Below, in pieces: positions 7,001 to 15,203 of a stretch of DNA of 64,000 nt. The stretch comes from a virus. The stretch's first letter is position 1. The number at the start of each line of letters is the position of its first letter. The stretch lies in the IMG/VR virus record IMGVR_UViG_3300025133_000085, positions 6,438-70,437 of that record. The stretch is one strand, 5' to 3'. Position numbers and translations under genes: made by a program. Under the pieces are notes generated by a model. The model did no database searches and had not been told where the DNA came from. It saw only the letters and a list, made by a program, of their open reading frames with translations.

Positions 7001-9630
7001 AATCCACTCGAGGTTTCGAGGTCCCACGGACCCCAGTGTTTGTAGTCTAATAGTTTCTTCCGCACCTCGGGCCACGTGTAACGATGTACGTTTTGTCCAC
7101 CCACAGGATCGTAACCACCCCCGCCAAAAGTCTCGCGGTTAATTTGTCCCAATGCGTAATAGACAACTTTGGGCATCCTGAGATCTTTACCGTTTGACTT
7201 GTCGATCACGGTGTCGCCATCCTCGACCCAAGCGTGACCGTACCGAACACCCTCTAAGGGACCCTGGCCACCCACTTCGCCGTGGACGAGAACGATATCG
7301 CAATCGTCGGCACCGAAATTACACTCATCCATCATATACTTGGCGGCAGCTTCGTAACAATCGCCTAACTGTGCGCCCTCTTTAAGCACCGATTCTGTCA
7401 TTCGCGAACTAAAGAGTTTGATGTATGTGTAAAGCTTAGACCTAAATTTCTTAAGCGTAGGACTAGTCGCAGGTAGTTGTTCGAAATAATGTCGTAACGC
7501 ATTGGGTAAGTCGGGATCCGATAAATCCACCTCTCCCCGAATTGCATCGAGCGCGCCCTCCTTTCCGTAAACCGCGATCAATTCCTCGGCACCATCGTGA
7601 GCGTGTGCGTCGATCTCGATGTGGGAATTCAAATAATCCCTAACGTCGCTCGAGTCTTTAGACGGAATCTGCTTCGGGTCGTTTATCATTTCCTCGAATG
7701 CCGCCGTGTCATCGAGTCCCTTATTCAGCGCCTGCTTTTTCATCTGTTGGTAATGCACCAGCTCGTGTCGCACGGTCTGCGTGATGTGTCTTACGAGCGC
7801 AGCGGGATCCAAGTCGTTCGGATCGAATTCATCACCTAGTGGCATCGTTTGTAAGTCTATCACGTTTCGACCCGGGTCTTGCTTCGAAACGTACCACCGC
7901 GCATCGATTAACCACCTGTTAGGATAAGCTGGGTGATTTGGGTTTAGCGTATAGGCCGGGTCGTCGGATTCAAAAGAACTCACGTAAACGTCCATGTCTA
8001 ATCCGAGTTCGGCAAATACACCACCCAATGCGAATTCCAAAGTCGCCGCGGCGGGAGTTTGTAATGATTCACCATCGCCTTGAATGTCGATATCATCGTA
8101 GTCGTTTGACTCCTCCCAAAACCTAGATTCCTCCACGGCTCCATCGATTTTCTCGAAATACTCGTCGGGTAAGACCGTCGCCTCGCCTAAGAGCACTCTC
8201 TGCACATACTCTTTCATTAGCTCCACGTCGAGAACGCCCGACGTATCGCCCAAGATCCATTCCCGCGAGAAATCATCGATGTCGGTAATGTCTATTATGA
8301 ACGTATCACGTGATAGCGTGCCAAGATATTCTTGGTAAGCCTTGTCTATTTTTCTCAACGTCACGGGATCCAGATGGCGCGCCAGTGTTGGATGCATGTC
8401 CATCCGATTCAGGATTGGGTATTCCTCGAGCTCGTCCCAAGAGTGAGTCGTGTCATCCTTACCCGCCTGATACATCGCGTACAATCCATCAACCGCGCCC
8501 AGGGCGCCACCGACGATCGGGATCTCGCCCATCGCTACCTTCGCAAACTCTACGCCAACGTTTTTGATTCGAGTAGCCAAACCCCCTCTATCCGTTTCGT
8601 CCTGGAGCCTCTGGATCAAATCGAGAACCTGTCCCACGGTTTTCAAATGGCGAGGGTGACGTTCGTTTTCTGGTGATATGTCCTCGAATTCCCTAAGAAG
8701 TCTGCCCTCGTCCAGCCACGCATCTCGCTTACGCATCGTCGCGTACAGCTCTTCATTCCATGGACCCTCGCCACCATACTTGGCGCAATTATTTAGAACC
8801 TCTTCTGCGGTGTATTCATTTTGGGGATCGGGTTGATACATGTCGTAGTAGAACTCGCGGGCGATTCCATCCGGCTTGGTATACTTGGTCTGATCGTCGA
8901 AGACCAGATCGCCCATCTCGACCCACCCGTGCACGATTGGCTTGGGGGGATCCTTCCACTTGTCCGTCACGATACCGTGGACAACCTTGAACTTGCTCTT
9001 ATCGTTTAGATCCGGGTGTCTCTTGGGACGGCGACCCGGACCACCCTTTGTGAAATGTGCCTCGAACCACTCCTCAGCTTTTTGATACGCGAAAGGAAAG
9101 CACCTACCCAAAGCGAGCACGTTCTCTTCCACCAAAAGCTCCCGTACGTACTCACGAAGTGATCCTTCGTTCATGGACTTTTCCTCGATGGGTTTCGCGA
9201 GGTGCTTTTGAAGGTGTGCCATCAGCTCATTGTGATCCGCGGGCGGTGCGTCGTAACGAGCTTCGTACTCTTGGCTATGAATGTCTGCCGCACTCGTCTC
9301 CCCCTTTTGCTTGAGCAAATTGTAACCTAACCAATCGGCTTCGCGCTCTATGGCTTCATCTCGGGCTGCATGAGCATCGCCGGCATGTCCGGCCATGTAA
9401 TGTCCGGCCTCATGTGCTTGGATCACTAGAAGGTGGTCTGGAGTGAACCATGACTGACCGACTGCGCCTCCATCCACAACCATCATGTTATGATCGTGTA
9501 GAAGAAACGCATGACCCGATTTCTCAAACTGCTTCGAAAGAAGGGCGTAACGCTCGGACTCCGGGTAAATGATTACGACGGTAAGCTCGGGAAGTATCTC
9601 GCTTTGGTATACTTGTTCAGAGTCGCTCAC
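6997..9630 (-). CDS. multidomain polyprotein: two HExxH zincin-like and two Cys-His-Asp (transglutaminase/papain-like) domains separated by family-B motifs
   Basis: AHEAGH; GRCF..VVHG..HGWVE..VFD; RHELVH..EIDA; GDCY..LVHG..HAWVE..VID; internal SLREYVRELLVEE and LMKEYVQRVLLGE; GTG 9630 has a GAGGTG RBS. Confidence 0.7.
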   Translation of the reverse strand: MSDSEQVYQSEILPELTVVIIYPESERYALLSKQFEKSGHAFLLHDHNMMVVDGGAVGQSWFTPDHLLVIQAHEAGHYMAGHAGDAHAARDEAIEREADWLGYNLLKQKGETSAADIHSQEYEARYDAPPADHNELMAHLQKHLAKPIEEKSMNEGSLREYVRELLVEENVLALGRCFPFAYQKAEEWFEAHFTKGGPGRRPKRHPDLNDKSKFKVVHGIVTDKWKDPPKPIVHGWVEMGDLVFDDQTKYTKPDGIAREFYYDMYQPDPQNEYTAEEVLNNCAKYGGEGPWNEELYATMRKRDAWLDEGRLLREFEDISPENERHPRHLKTVGQVLDLIQRLQDETDRGGLATRIKNVGVEFAKVAMGEIPIVGGALGAVDGLYAMYQAGKDDTTHSWDELEEYPILNRMDMHPTLARHLDPVTLRKIDKAYQEYLGTLSRDTFIIDITDIDDFSREWILGDTSGVLDVELMKEYVQRVLLGEATVLPDEYFEKIDGAVEESRFWEESNDYDDIDIQGDGESLQTPAAATLEFALGGVFAELGLDMDVYVSSFESDDPAYTLNPNHPAYPNRWLIDARWYVSKQDPGRNVIDLQTMPLGDEFDPNDLDPAALVRHITQTVRHELVHYQQMKKQALNKGLDDTAAFEEMINDPKQIPSKDSSDVRDYLNSHIEIDAHAHDGAEELIAVYGKEGALDAIRGEVDLSDPDLPNALRHYFEQLPATSPTLKKFRSKLYTYIKLFSSRMTESVLKEGAQLGDCYEAAAKYMMDECNFGADDCDIVLVHGEVGGQGPLEGVRYGHAWVEDGDTVIDKSNGKDLRMPKVVYYALGQINRETFGGGGYDPVGGQNVHRYTWPEVRKKLLDYKHWGPWDLETSSGL

Positions 9631-9679
9631 CTGACACCTCACTTAAAACGTCTCTTATGTATTGTCGCAAGATACCCAT
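9617..9679 (-). CDS. family-B leader-only minigene, out of frame with the downstream polyprotein
   Basis: Manual translation MGILRQYIRDVLSEVSGERL*; TGATG coupling to the upstream gene. Confidence 0.55.
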   Translation of the reverse strand: MGILRQYIRDVLSEVSGERL

Positions 9680-10278
9680 CACACGGTTCCTACCAACGTC
9701 TTTAGGTGAGTCGCACCATCGCCGTACTGTCGTTTGTACCAGCCTCTACCTTCGCTTCCCGGACGCTCACCGACCCACTCCAGATCCCGCTGGACCAACC
9801 CCCTCACTTTCGCTTCGTCTTCTATGATGGTCACGCCTGCGGCCATGGCTATCTGCGCGATGCGACCCGATACCTCGGCAAACGTGCCGGGTCGTTTTAG
9901 AAGTTCGATAAAACGGGAAACGCTCACGCGTTTGCCTGCGCCACCATCGTGACCCAACCCTCCGACTTTGAGGGCGCCGCCCCGGGTCTTTCCGAAAACC
10001 ACAGCATCCGGTTCCGGGTCGGCATCGATATCGACGGCATCGAAGAAAGTGTACTTTCCAGGAATATCTTGGGCCGATTGTATCTTTACGTTACCACCCG
10101 GGAGACTGGCGTATGCGGTGGTCACCAAGTCGAAGACTTCATCGTCCAAACCAGTTTCCTGGGATCGCATCGCTAGGTCTTCGGGCGATACGTCAACCCA
10201 CTGCCCCTTTGGCACACCAAAGTCGGCGAAAGTCTTTTCGGCCAACAGCCGTCTTATGTACTCACGTAGAAGATTCAT
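9679..10278 (-). CDS. family-B leader protein, unknown function
   Basis: Starts MNLLREYIRRLLAE; ATGA overlap. Confidence 0.75.
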   Translation of the reverse strand: MNLLREYIRRLLAEKTFADFGVPKGQWVDVSPEDLAMRSQETGLDDEVFDLVTTAYASLPGGNVKIQSAQDIPGKYTFFDAVDIDADPEPDAVVFGKTRGGALKVGGLGHDGGAGKRVSVSRFIELLKRPGTFAEVSGRIAQIAMAAGVTIIEDEAKVRGLVQRDLEWVGERPGSEGRGWYKRQYGDGATHLKTLVGTV

Positions 10279-11129
10279 TCTGGACTCCATAACACTTTGC
10301 GTCTCGCATCATAAATTGGAACGCCAAAAGCCATGGCGACTCTAAACATCTCTTTTGTCACGCCGACGGATCTCCCGCCTGGGGGAGACCAGGTCGCGGC
10401 GTGCCTCACAGACTTTGCGAGATCGACCAAGGCTATGACTCCGACGGCCTTCCAGTTATCTACCAACGCTTCGTTAACGACGACCCCACCCTCGGGCGGT
10501 TTCCACGTCGATTGATCGAGAACGTAAGGGATGTTTCTTGCCATCTTCTCACCAAACTCAGTATCAGGTTTAAGATTCCCGTACCTGCTATAATCCTTTG
10601 AGATCGTGGGAAGCTTGTTAACGCCCGAAGATCTTGCCCTACGCTCCTGCCCTTCTCCCTCCTCACCGGTAGCGCCCATATAATCCCCCCACTTCCCAGT
10701 GTATATCTCATCTTGGTTGTTAGCCGCCAGCGAAATATGCCCTTTTACCCAAAGCCCCGCGGGAAACCCCACGATGCTCCTCAACCTCTCGTCAGGTAAA
10801 CTCATGGTCGTTGAAAGCTCGTCCTTTCCCCTACCGATGAGATCACTCAGCGCGTAGGGATCTTGGACCCAATGCACCGTATCAAGCGTCGATAACCACT
10901 GATGATCTGCGTTTGCATTGAAGGCACGCTTTATCGCTTTGCCCCCGCCCTTACCGGGATCGCCGCCGAAAAACATTCCCCCCTCTTCGCCGAACTCACC
11001 CGACGTCGCCGCGAGATCCTGAACGAATCCCATGGGGTCTTCAGTCAACAACCGTCTTATGTACTCGCGGAGAAGCACATCCTCCGAATACCCTTTTTTA
11101 CCTTCATAAACGGTTTCGGCATCACTCAC
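10275..11129 (-). CDS. family-B leader protein, unknown function
   Basis: VLLREYIRRLLTE near the N-terminus (alternative GTG start at 11078). Confidence 0.7.
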   Translation of the reverse strand: MSDAETVYEGKKGYSEDVLLREYIRRLLTEDPMGFVQDLAATSGEFGEEGGMFFGGDPGKGGGKAIKRAFNANADHQWLSTLDTVHWVQDPYALSDLIGRGKDELSTTMSLPDERLRSIVGFPAGLWVKGHISLAANNQDEIYTGKWGDYMGATGEEGEGQERRARSSGVNKLPTISKDYSRYGNLKPDTEFGEKMARNIPYVLDQSTWKPPEGGVVVNEALVDNWKAVGVIALVDLAKSVRHAATWSPPGGRSVGVTKEMFRVAMAFGVPIYDARRKVLWSPE

Positions 11130-11816
11130 TTAACACCCCCCAGGCGATGTCGACGGAGAGCACCGCACCCATCTACCTACCTTCTTGAGGGCTTCTATCT
11201 TGGGAGTGCCTTTCGATCGATACATTTTCGTACGTGGGCTCTTCAATAGAGCTTCCTTACCTCGTGGATCCCACGCAAATCCGCCACCGTAGCGCCAATA
11301 CAAACCGTCACGGTCATCCATGTACGCATTCTTTTGATCACAGTTGTCTGACGGTTCACCGGGGGTGAGACGATCATCCGAATCGTCAAGCTGAATGATC
11401 TCTACATCCGGGCGACGATTTGCGTAATATTTCCACACACGGAACGCATCATCAGAAACGCTGAGCCTATCGGCCATGATACCCGAACCCTTGCTTGTCG
11501 CTAGTTCCATAGCAAGATCATAGAGGAGTGGCCCATAACCCGAGGCCTCCTCGGCATTTGACCATACCACCTCATATGCATCCAAACATCCCAGCCCTCG
11601 ACTGGCGGGGGGGTTTTCAGCGGCAATTACACCAATTGAAGAATAGGGCAAACGAGCTTTCCCGAGGGCGGGACGAGGGTCATTTTTATATAGCTTTATC
11701 TCAAACGAGGACGCGTCCTCGGAGACCACAACGTAATACCTAGCTTTCAGGACATCTTCTACGCCCATAGCCCTTTCGGTAAGGAGCTCTCTTATGTACT
11801 CGCGTAGAAGATTCAT
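11130..11816 (-). CDS. family-B leader protein, GNAT-like fold
   Basis: MNLLREYIRELLTE; GYGPLLYDLAME..ADR..VS.DA..VW; paralog of 12505-13170. Confidence 0.65.
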   Translation of the reverse strand: MNLLREYIRELLTERAMGVEDVLKARYYVVVSEDASSFEIKLYKNDPRPALGKARLPYSSIGVIAAENPPASRGLGCLDAYEVVWSNAEEASGYGPLLYDLAMELATSKGSGIMADRLSVSDDAFRVWKYYANRRPDVEIIQLDDSDDRLTPGEPSDNCDQKNAYMDDRDGLYWRYGGGFAWDPRGKEALLKSPRTKMYRSKGTPKIEALKKVGRWVRCSPSTSPGGC

Positions 11817-12508
11817 TTCTTAAGCCTCTCAATATCTTGCTTTCTAGCGTTAACCTGAACTGCGGTGACGGTGCAATCTCCAAAAAGCAATATCTCTCTT
11901 TCAGATCCTCCTTGAGGGTTTAGCTTTCTAATATCGAATTCGTCACGATACCTGCCACCCTTAAATCTAGCAAATGAATATGTGTACATGAAATAACCGG
12001 AATCGCAATCAGAATGTAATATCACTGGAACTGTGTCTGACGACCACTGCGTAGTAAAGCGCCTTGCGGCCTTCCAACTGTTTGTCCACGAACTAACGTT
12101 TCCGAATTTACCTTCTGACTTATATGTCATAGGCGTTATTGGCACAGGTGGTCCCCAGTCTAGTATGTCCTTGAACTCAGTCGGTAAATTCTCTAAAGCT
12201 TCCGGTGCATATTTTTCTAGCCAGGAAACTGGAAGCCTCATTCCCCTGAGGATCGGGCCAGACTTACATGGAGAAAATACATCTGAATATTGTCCTGAGT
12301 CTAAAATCTGTTGCAACGCAGATATCGCGGAGGTGCTCAATGGGGCTATGGCGCCAAAGTGATTATGAAGTTGTCGATACAACATTTCTTCTATGTCTGT
12401 GTCTGGCTCTTTGGGCCACGTATCTCCAGCAGCAGTAGGCCACACCCACTTGCCGAGCACATCCTCTTCATTCAATATTCCTCTTATGTATTCGCGAAGC
12501 AACCTCAT
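11813..12508 (-). CDS. family-B leader protein, putative ADP-ribosyltransferase
   Basis: MRLLREYIRGILNEE; ILRGM...VSSWT...A..F...EREIL match the R-S-E ART motifs. Confidence 0.6.
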   Translation of the reverse strand: MRLLREYIRGILNEEDVLGKWVWPTAAGDTWPKEPDTDIEEMLYRQLHNHFGAIAPLSTSAISALQQILDSGQYSDVFSPCKSGPILRGMRLPVSWLEKYAPEALENLPTEFKDILDWGPPVPITPMTYKSEGKFGNVSSWTNSWKAARRFTTQWSSDTVPVILHSDCDSGYFMYTYSFARFKGGRYRDEFDIRKLNPQGGSEREILLFGDCTVTAVQVNARKQDIERLKK

Positions 12509-13170
12509 AACTTCACCAACTTTCCAAGTGACTTCAGTTTTTCGATCGTGGTCGGTGGTTTCGTGTATCGTTTACTCAACGCAGAATCAACCCAATTCAC
12601 GTCCACCTTCCCACTCGCATCATATTTGTATGGTTCGTATGGTCGACGCGCTACTTTTTGATCACAGTTGTCTTCCTCCTGTGGGGTAAGCGTGTTTCCT
12701 AAGTCATCCAGTTGATGTGCTGTAACATCGCTTCGATTGTTAAGATAATAATCCCAAACTCGACGAGCATCCGCGGAGACGATGCTTCTGTCTGCAATCA
12801 AACCGCCCCCTTTCATCGTTGCGTACTCCATCGCAACATCGTATAACAACGGTCCCCAACCACTGGGATGTGCTTCGGACCCTATCACAACACCGGCTCC
12901 GTCACACTTGCCTAGGTCACCCATCCCTCCATATGTCCCACCTCCTATTGCTTCATAGGGACCGATCCAGCCAACCTCAACATTACCGTGCATACCAACG
13001 GGGTAGTAAGGATCGCCGGCCATCACCGTCGGGTCATCTGTGATACCGTAATAGGTGTAAAACCCTTCCCCACTCGTCTGTATGACGACGTTCACCTCAT
13101 CTGGTAAGTCTTGTGGTCCTTTGGCGACCTCGGTTAACAACCGTCTTATGTATTCACGGAGAAGTTTCAT
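12505..13170 (-). CDS. family-B leader protein, GNAT-like fold
   Basis: MKLLREYIRRLLTE; GWGPLLYDVAME..ADR..VSADA..VW..QLDD..LTP..DNCDQ. Confidence 0.65.
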   Translation of the reverse strand: MKLLREYIRRLLTEVAKGPQDLPDEVNVVIQTSGEGFYTYYGITDDPTVMAGDPYYPVGMHGNVEVGWIGPYEAIGGGTYGGMGDLGKCDGAGVVIGSEAHPSGWGPLLYDVAMEYATMKGGGLIADRSIVSADARRVWDYYLNNRSDVTAHQLDDLGNTLTPQEEDNCDQKVARRPYEPYKYDASGKVDVNWVDSALSKRYTKPPTTIEKLKSLGKLVKL

Positions 13171-13544
13171 GCTTCGAATCGATCCACGACCAAGGGCGTG
13201 AGCTTTTTGCGAACCGGGCGAATCGATGAAGCAAGGTCTTCCAGAGACTCTCCATCCAAAACATGTTGGTGCCAACCCCTAATGACGCCAGGAATTTTTA
13301 CTATGAACGGATACCGACTCTCCTTGTCCAGCGATATCGCTTCCTCGGCAAGGGCCTCGCACTTCATTAGGTGCTTATTGATGCAATCATGACATTGCAT
13401 GTCCGGTTGATTTAGGTGGTCCTCGAGGAGAGTAAACTCCTTGCACATCTCCCTCATGTTGAAGAGGGGATCCATTATCGGTTGCATGGCCGTTTCTTCG
13501 CCACATTCCAGCAACACTCTTATGTACTCACGTAACAACCTCAT
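13167..13544 (-). CDS. family-B leader protein with CxxC/His motif
   Basis: MRLLREYIRVLLE; LLEDHL...CHDCINKH. Confidence 0.65.
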   Translation of the reverse strand: MRLLREYIRVLLECGEETAMQPIMDPLFNMREMCKEFTLLEDHLNQPDMQCHDCINKHLMKCEALAEEAISLDKESRYPFIVKIPGVIRGWHQHVLDGESLEDLASSIRPVRKKLTPLVVDRFEA

Positions 13545-14242
13545 AACCCCATTCCTTCAAGTTGCTTAATCGTCCCATCGCTATCACCTGGTAGATGATG
13601 GATCGCGATTCCACCTGCAGCTCGCCAAGCAGCCACATTCTTCGTGTGGTCGTCGATGAGTAAGTTGGGAACGCCTCCGCGCATCGCGTATCGCGCTTTT
13701 TTGTCTGCCGAACTTCCATCAACGTCGGCCTGGACCACGATTATTTCTGATGGTGGTGGGGAAAGGTGCGTGCCGATCCATTCGATCTTACCGTCCTTAG
13801 ACGTCGAGCCCGCGCCCGGACGCGCTCTCACCGCCGCAGTTAGAATGTTGACGACGTGATCCGTAGAATTTATGAATGGCCAAAGTTGGCCGACGCCATC
13901 AGCCAAAGCCGGTAGGTTCGCAAACGCCGGACCAGGGGCGGCGCCAATCGTCGAAAGCATCAACGATCGAATCGACCGTATGTTTATGTCATTTTTTGTT
14001 CGGGCGCGGAAATCCGGTCCCACTTCTCTCTGCGCTTTGCGCAACCTCTTGCGGTGACCCTTCGTCGCCTCGGAGTAGGGAGGCTCACCACCCGCGAGCA
14101 TGTCGTTAATGATGGGGATGATGCCTGCGACGAAGTCCGCGATGACTCCATCCATGTCGCAAAATATCTGCGCGTTAGGTTGGAGGACCGGCGCGTCCTC
14201 TGCTTCTAATACTTCCCTGATATATGTCCTTAAAGTCGTCAT
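13541..14242 (-). CDS. HAD 5'(3')-deoxyribonucleotidase (NT5C-like) with family-B leader
   Basis: MTTLRTYIREVLEAE; IFCDMDGVIADF, ILTA, LLIDD..N..W...GG. Confidence 0.75.
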   Translation of the reverse strand: MTTLRTYIREVLEAEDAPVLQPNAQIFCDMDGVIADFVAGIIPIINDMLAGGEPPYSEATKGHRKRLRKAQREVGPDFRARTKNDINIRSIRSLMLSTIGAAPGPAFANLPALADGVGQLWPFINSTDHVVNILTAAVRARPGAGSTSKDGKIEWIGTHLSPPPSEIIVVQADVDGSSADKKARYAMRGGVPNLLIDDHTKNVAAWRAAGGIAIHHLPGDSDGTIKQLEGMGL

Positions 14243-15147
14243 CTCAAAACCTCCTCGATATACCCCTTTAATTGTATCGAACCGGATTCGATTGTTTCGA
14301 AATCCCATAGTTCGAAGTAGTTCGACATTACTGCTTCTCCACCGTCCGGGTTCACCGCAATGGTTATATGAGGAAAGGCCGGTCCATTCATTGGTATAGG
14401 TAGTCCACCCATGTCGACCAATCCCGTTACAACCTTATCATTTCTAGCGATCGCCACGACGCTCATCCTACCTGCGTCGTCGGAGAAGTCGAGCCAGTGC
14501 AAAGGTAACCGTCGCTTTTGCTCGGGCGGACTGATCAATGTCATGTGATGTGCTTTGGGCGTCCATCCCGGAGGTGCGTACTCCAATAAAGCATCGCGAA
14601 CGCTCGCGTCGAGGATGAAAGCAGTGTACTCGATCCCCTCGACGACGCCGAGATCAGCTTCAACCAAAAGTCTTCTTACGTAGCGCCTTAGAAAAGACTC
14701 ATTCTGGCTGGCGCCCCCCACCGCCCGACCAATGGCTTCCAGCGCCCCGACGTCTGACATTTGGTGACTCTCACCACACGTAGCCAGTTCGGCGCCCTGA
14801 ATCTGTTCGCTGTCCCGAAACGGAACTATATCATCGGTGGCGCAGTGTATAACGATAGTGTTGGGAGGAACAGAAGGCTGAAGACCGAAGTGCTTCCAGG
14901 CCGGAGCGATTAAGATTAGGCGAGCCCCTCTAGGGTTGAGCGCCATGGCCACCGCGCCACCCCGACTGGATCCGACGACGATATCCGGACTCTCCAGGTC
15001 GACCTCGTCCTGCGCTATTTGGACGGAGGCCTCGAAGTCGTCCCGTGGAAGGAGCGGGTTGAGAACAGTGTATCCTAAGCTTCGAAGGTACAATACCTTA
15101 GACCCGCCAGGTTTCGATTCCAAACCGTGTAAGAACAAAATCTTCAT
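14239..15147 (-). CDS. alpha/beta hydrolase (YqiA-like) fused to a 2H phosphoesterase via an internal family-B motif
   Basis: FLHGLES, GSSRGG nucleophile elbow; FLRRYVRRLLVE; HHMTL and PHITI (two HxT motifs). Confidence 0.7.
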   Translation of the reverse strand: MKILFLHGLESKPGGSKVLYLRSLGYTVLNPLLPRDDFEASVQIAQDEVDLESPDIVVGSSRGGAVAMALNPRGARLILIAPAWKHFGLQPSVPPNTIVIHCATDDIVPFRDSEQIQGAELATCGESHQMSDVGALEAIGRAVGGASQNESFLRRYVRRLLVEADLGVVEGIEYTAFILDASVRDALLEYAPPGWTPKAHHMTLISPPEQKRRLPLHWLDFSDDAGRMSVVAIARNDKVVTGLVDMGGLPIPMNGPAFPHITIAVNPDGGEAVMSNYFELWDFETIESGSIQLKGYIEEVLR

Positions 15148-15203
15148 TATAACTCGACACCTTCGCAAAGAGTGGCGCTTATGTATTGCCGCAAGCGTTT
15201 CAT
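15147..15203 (-). CDS. family-B leader-only minigene
   Basis: Manual translation MKRLRQYISATLCEGVEL*; TAATG overlaps on both sides. Confidence 0.55.
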   Translation of the reverse strand: MKRLRQYISATLCEGVEL

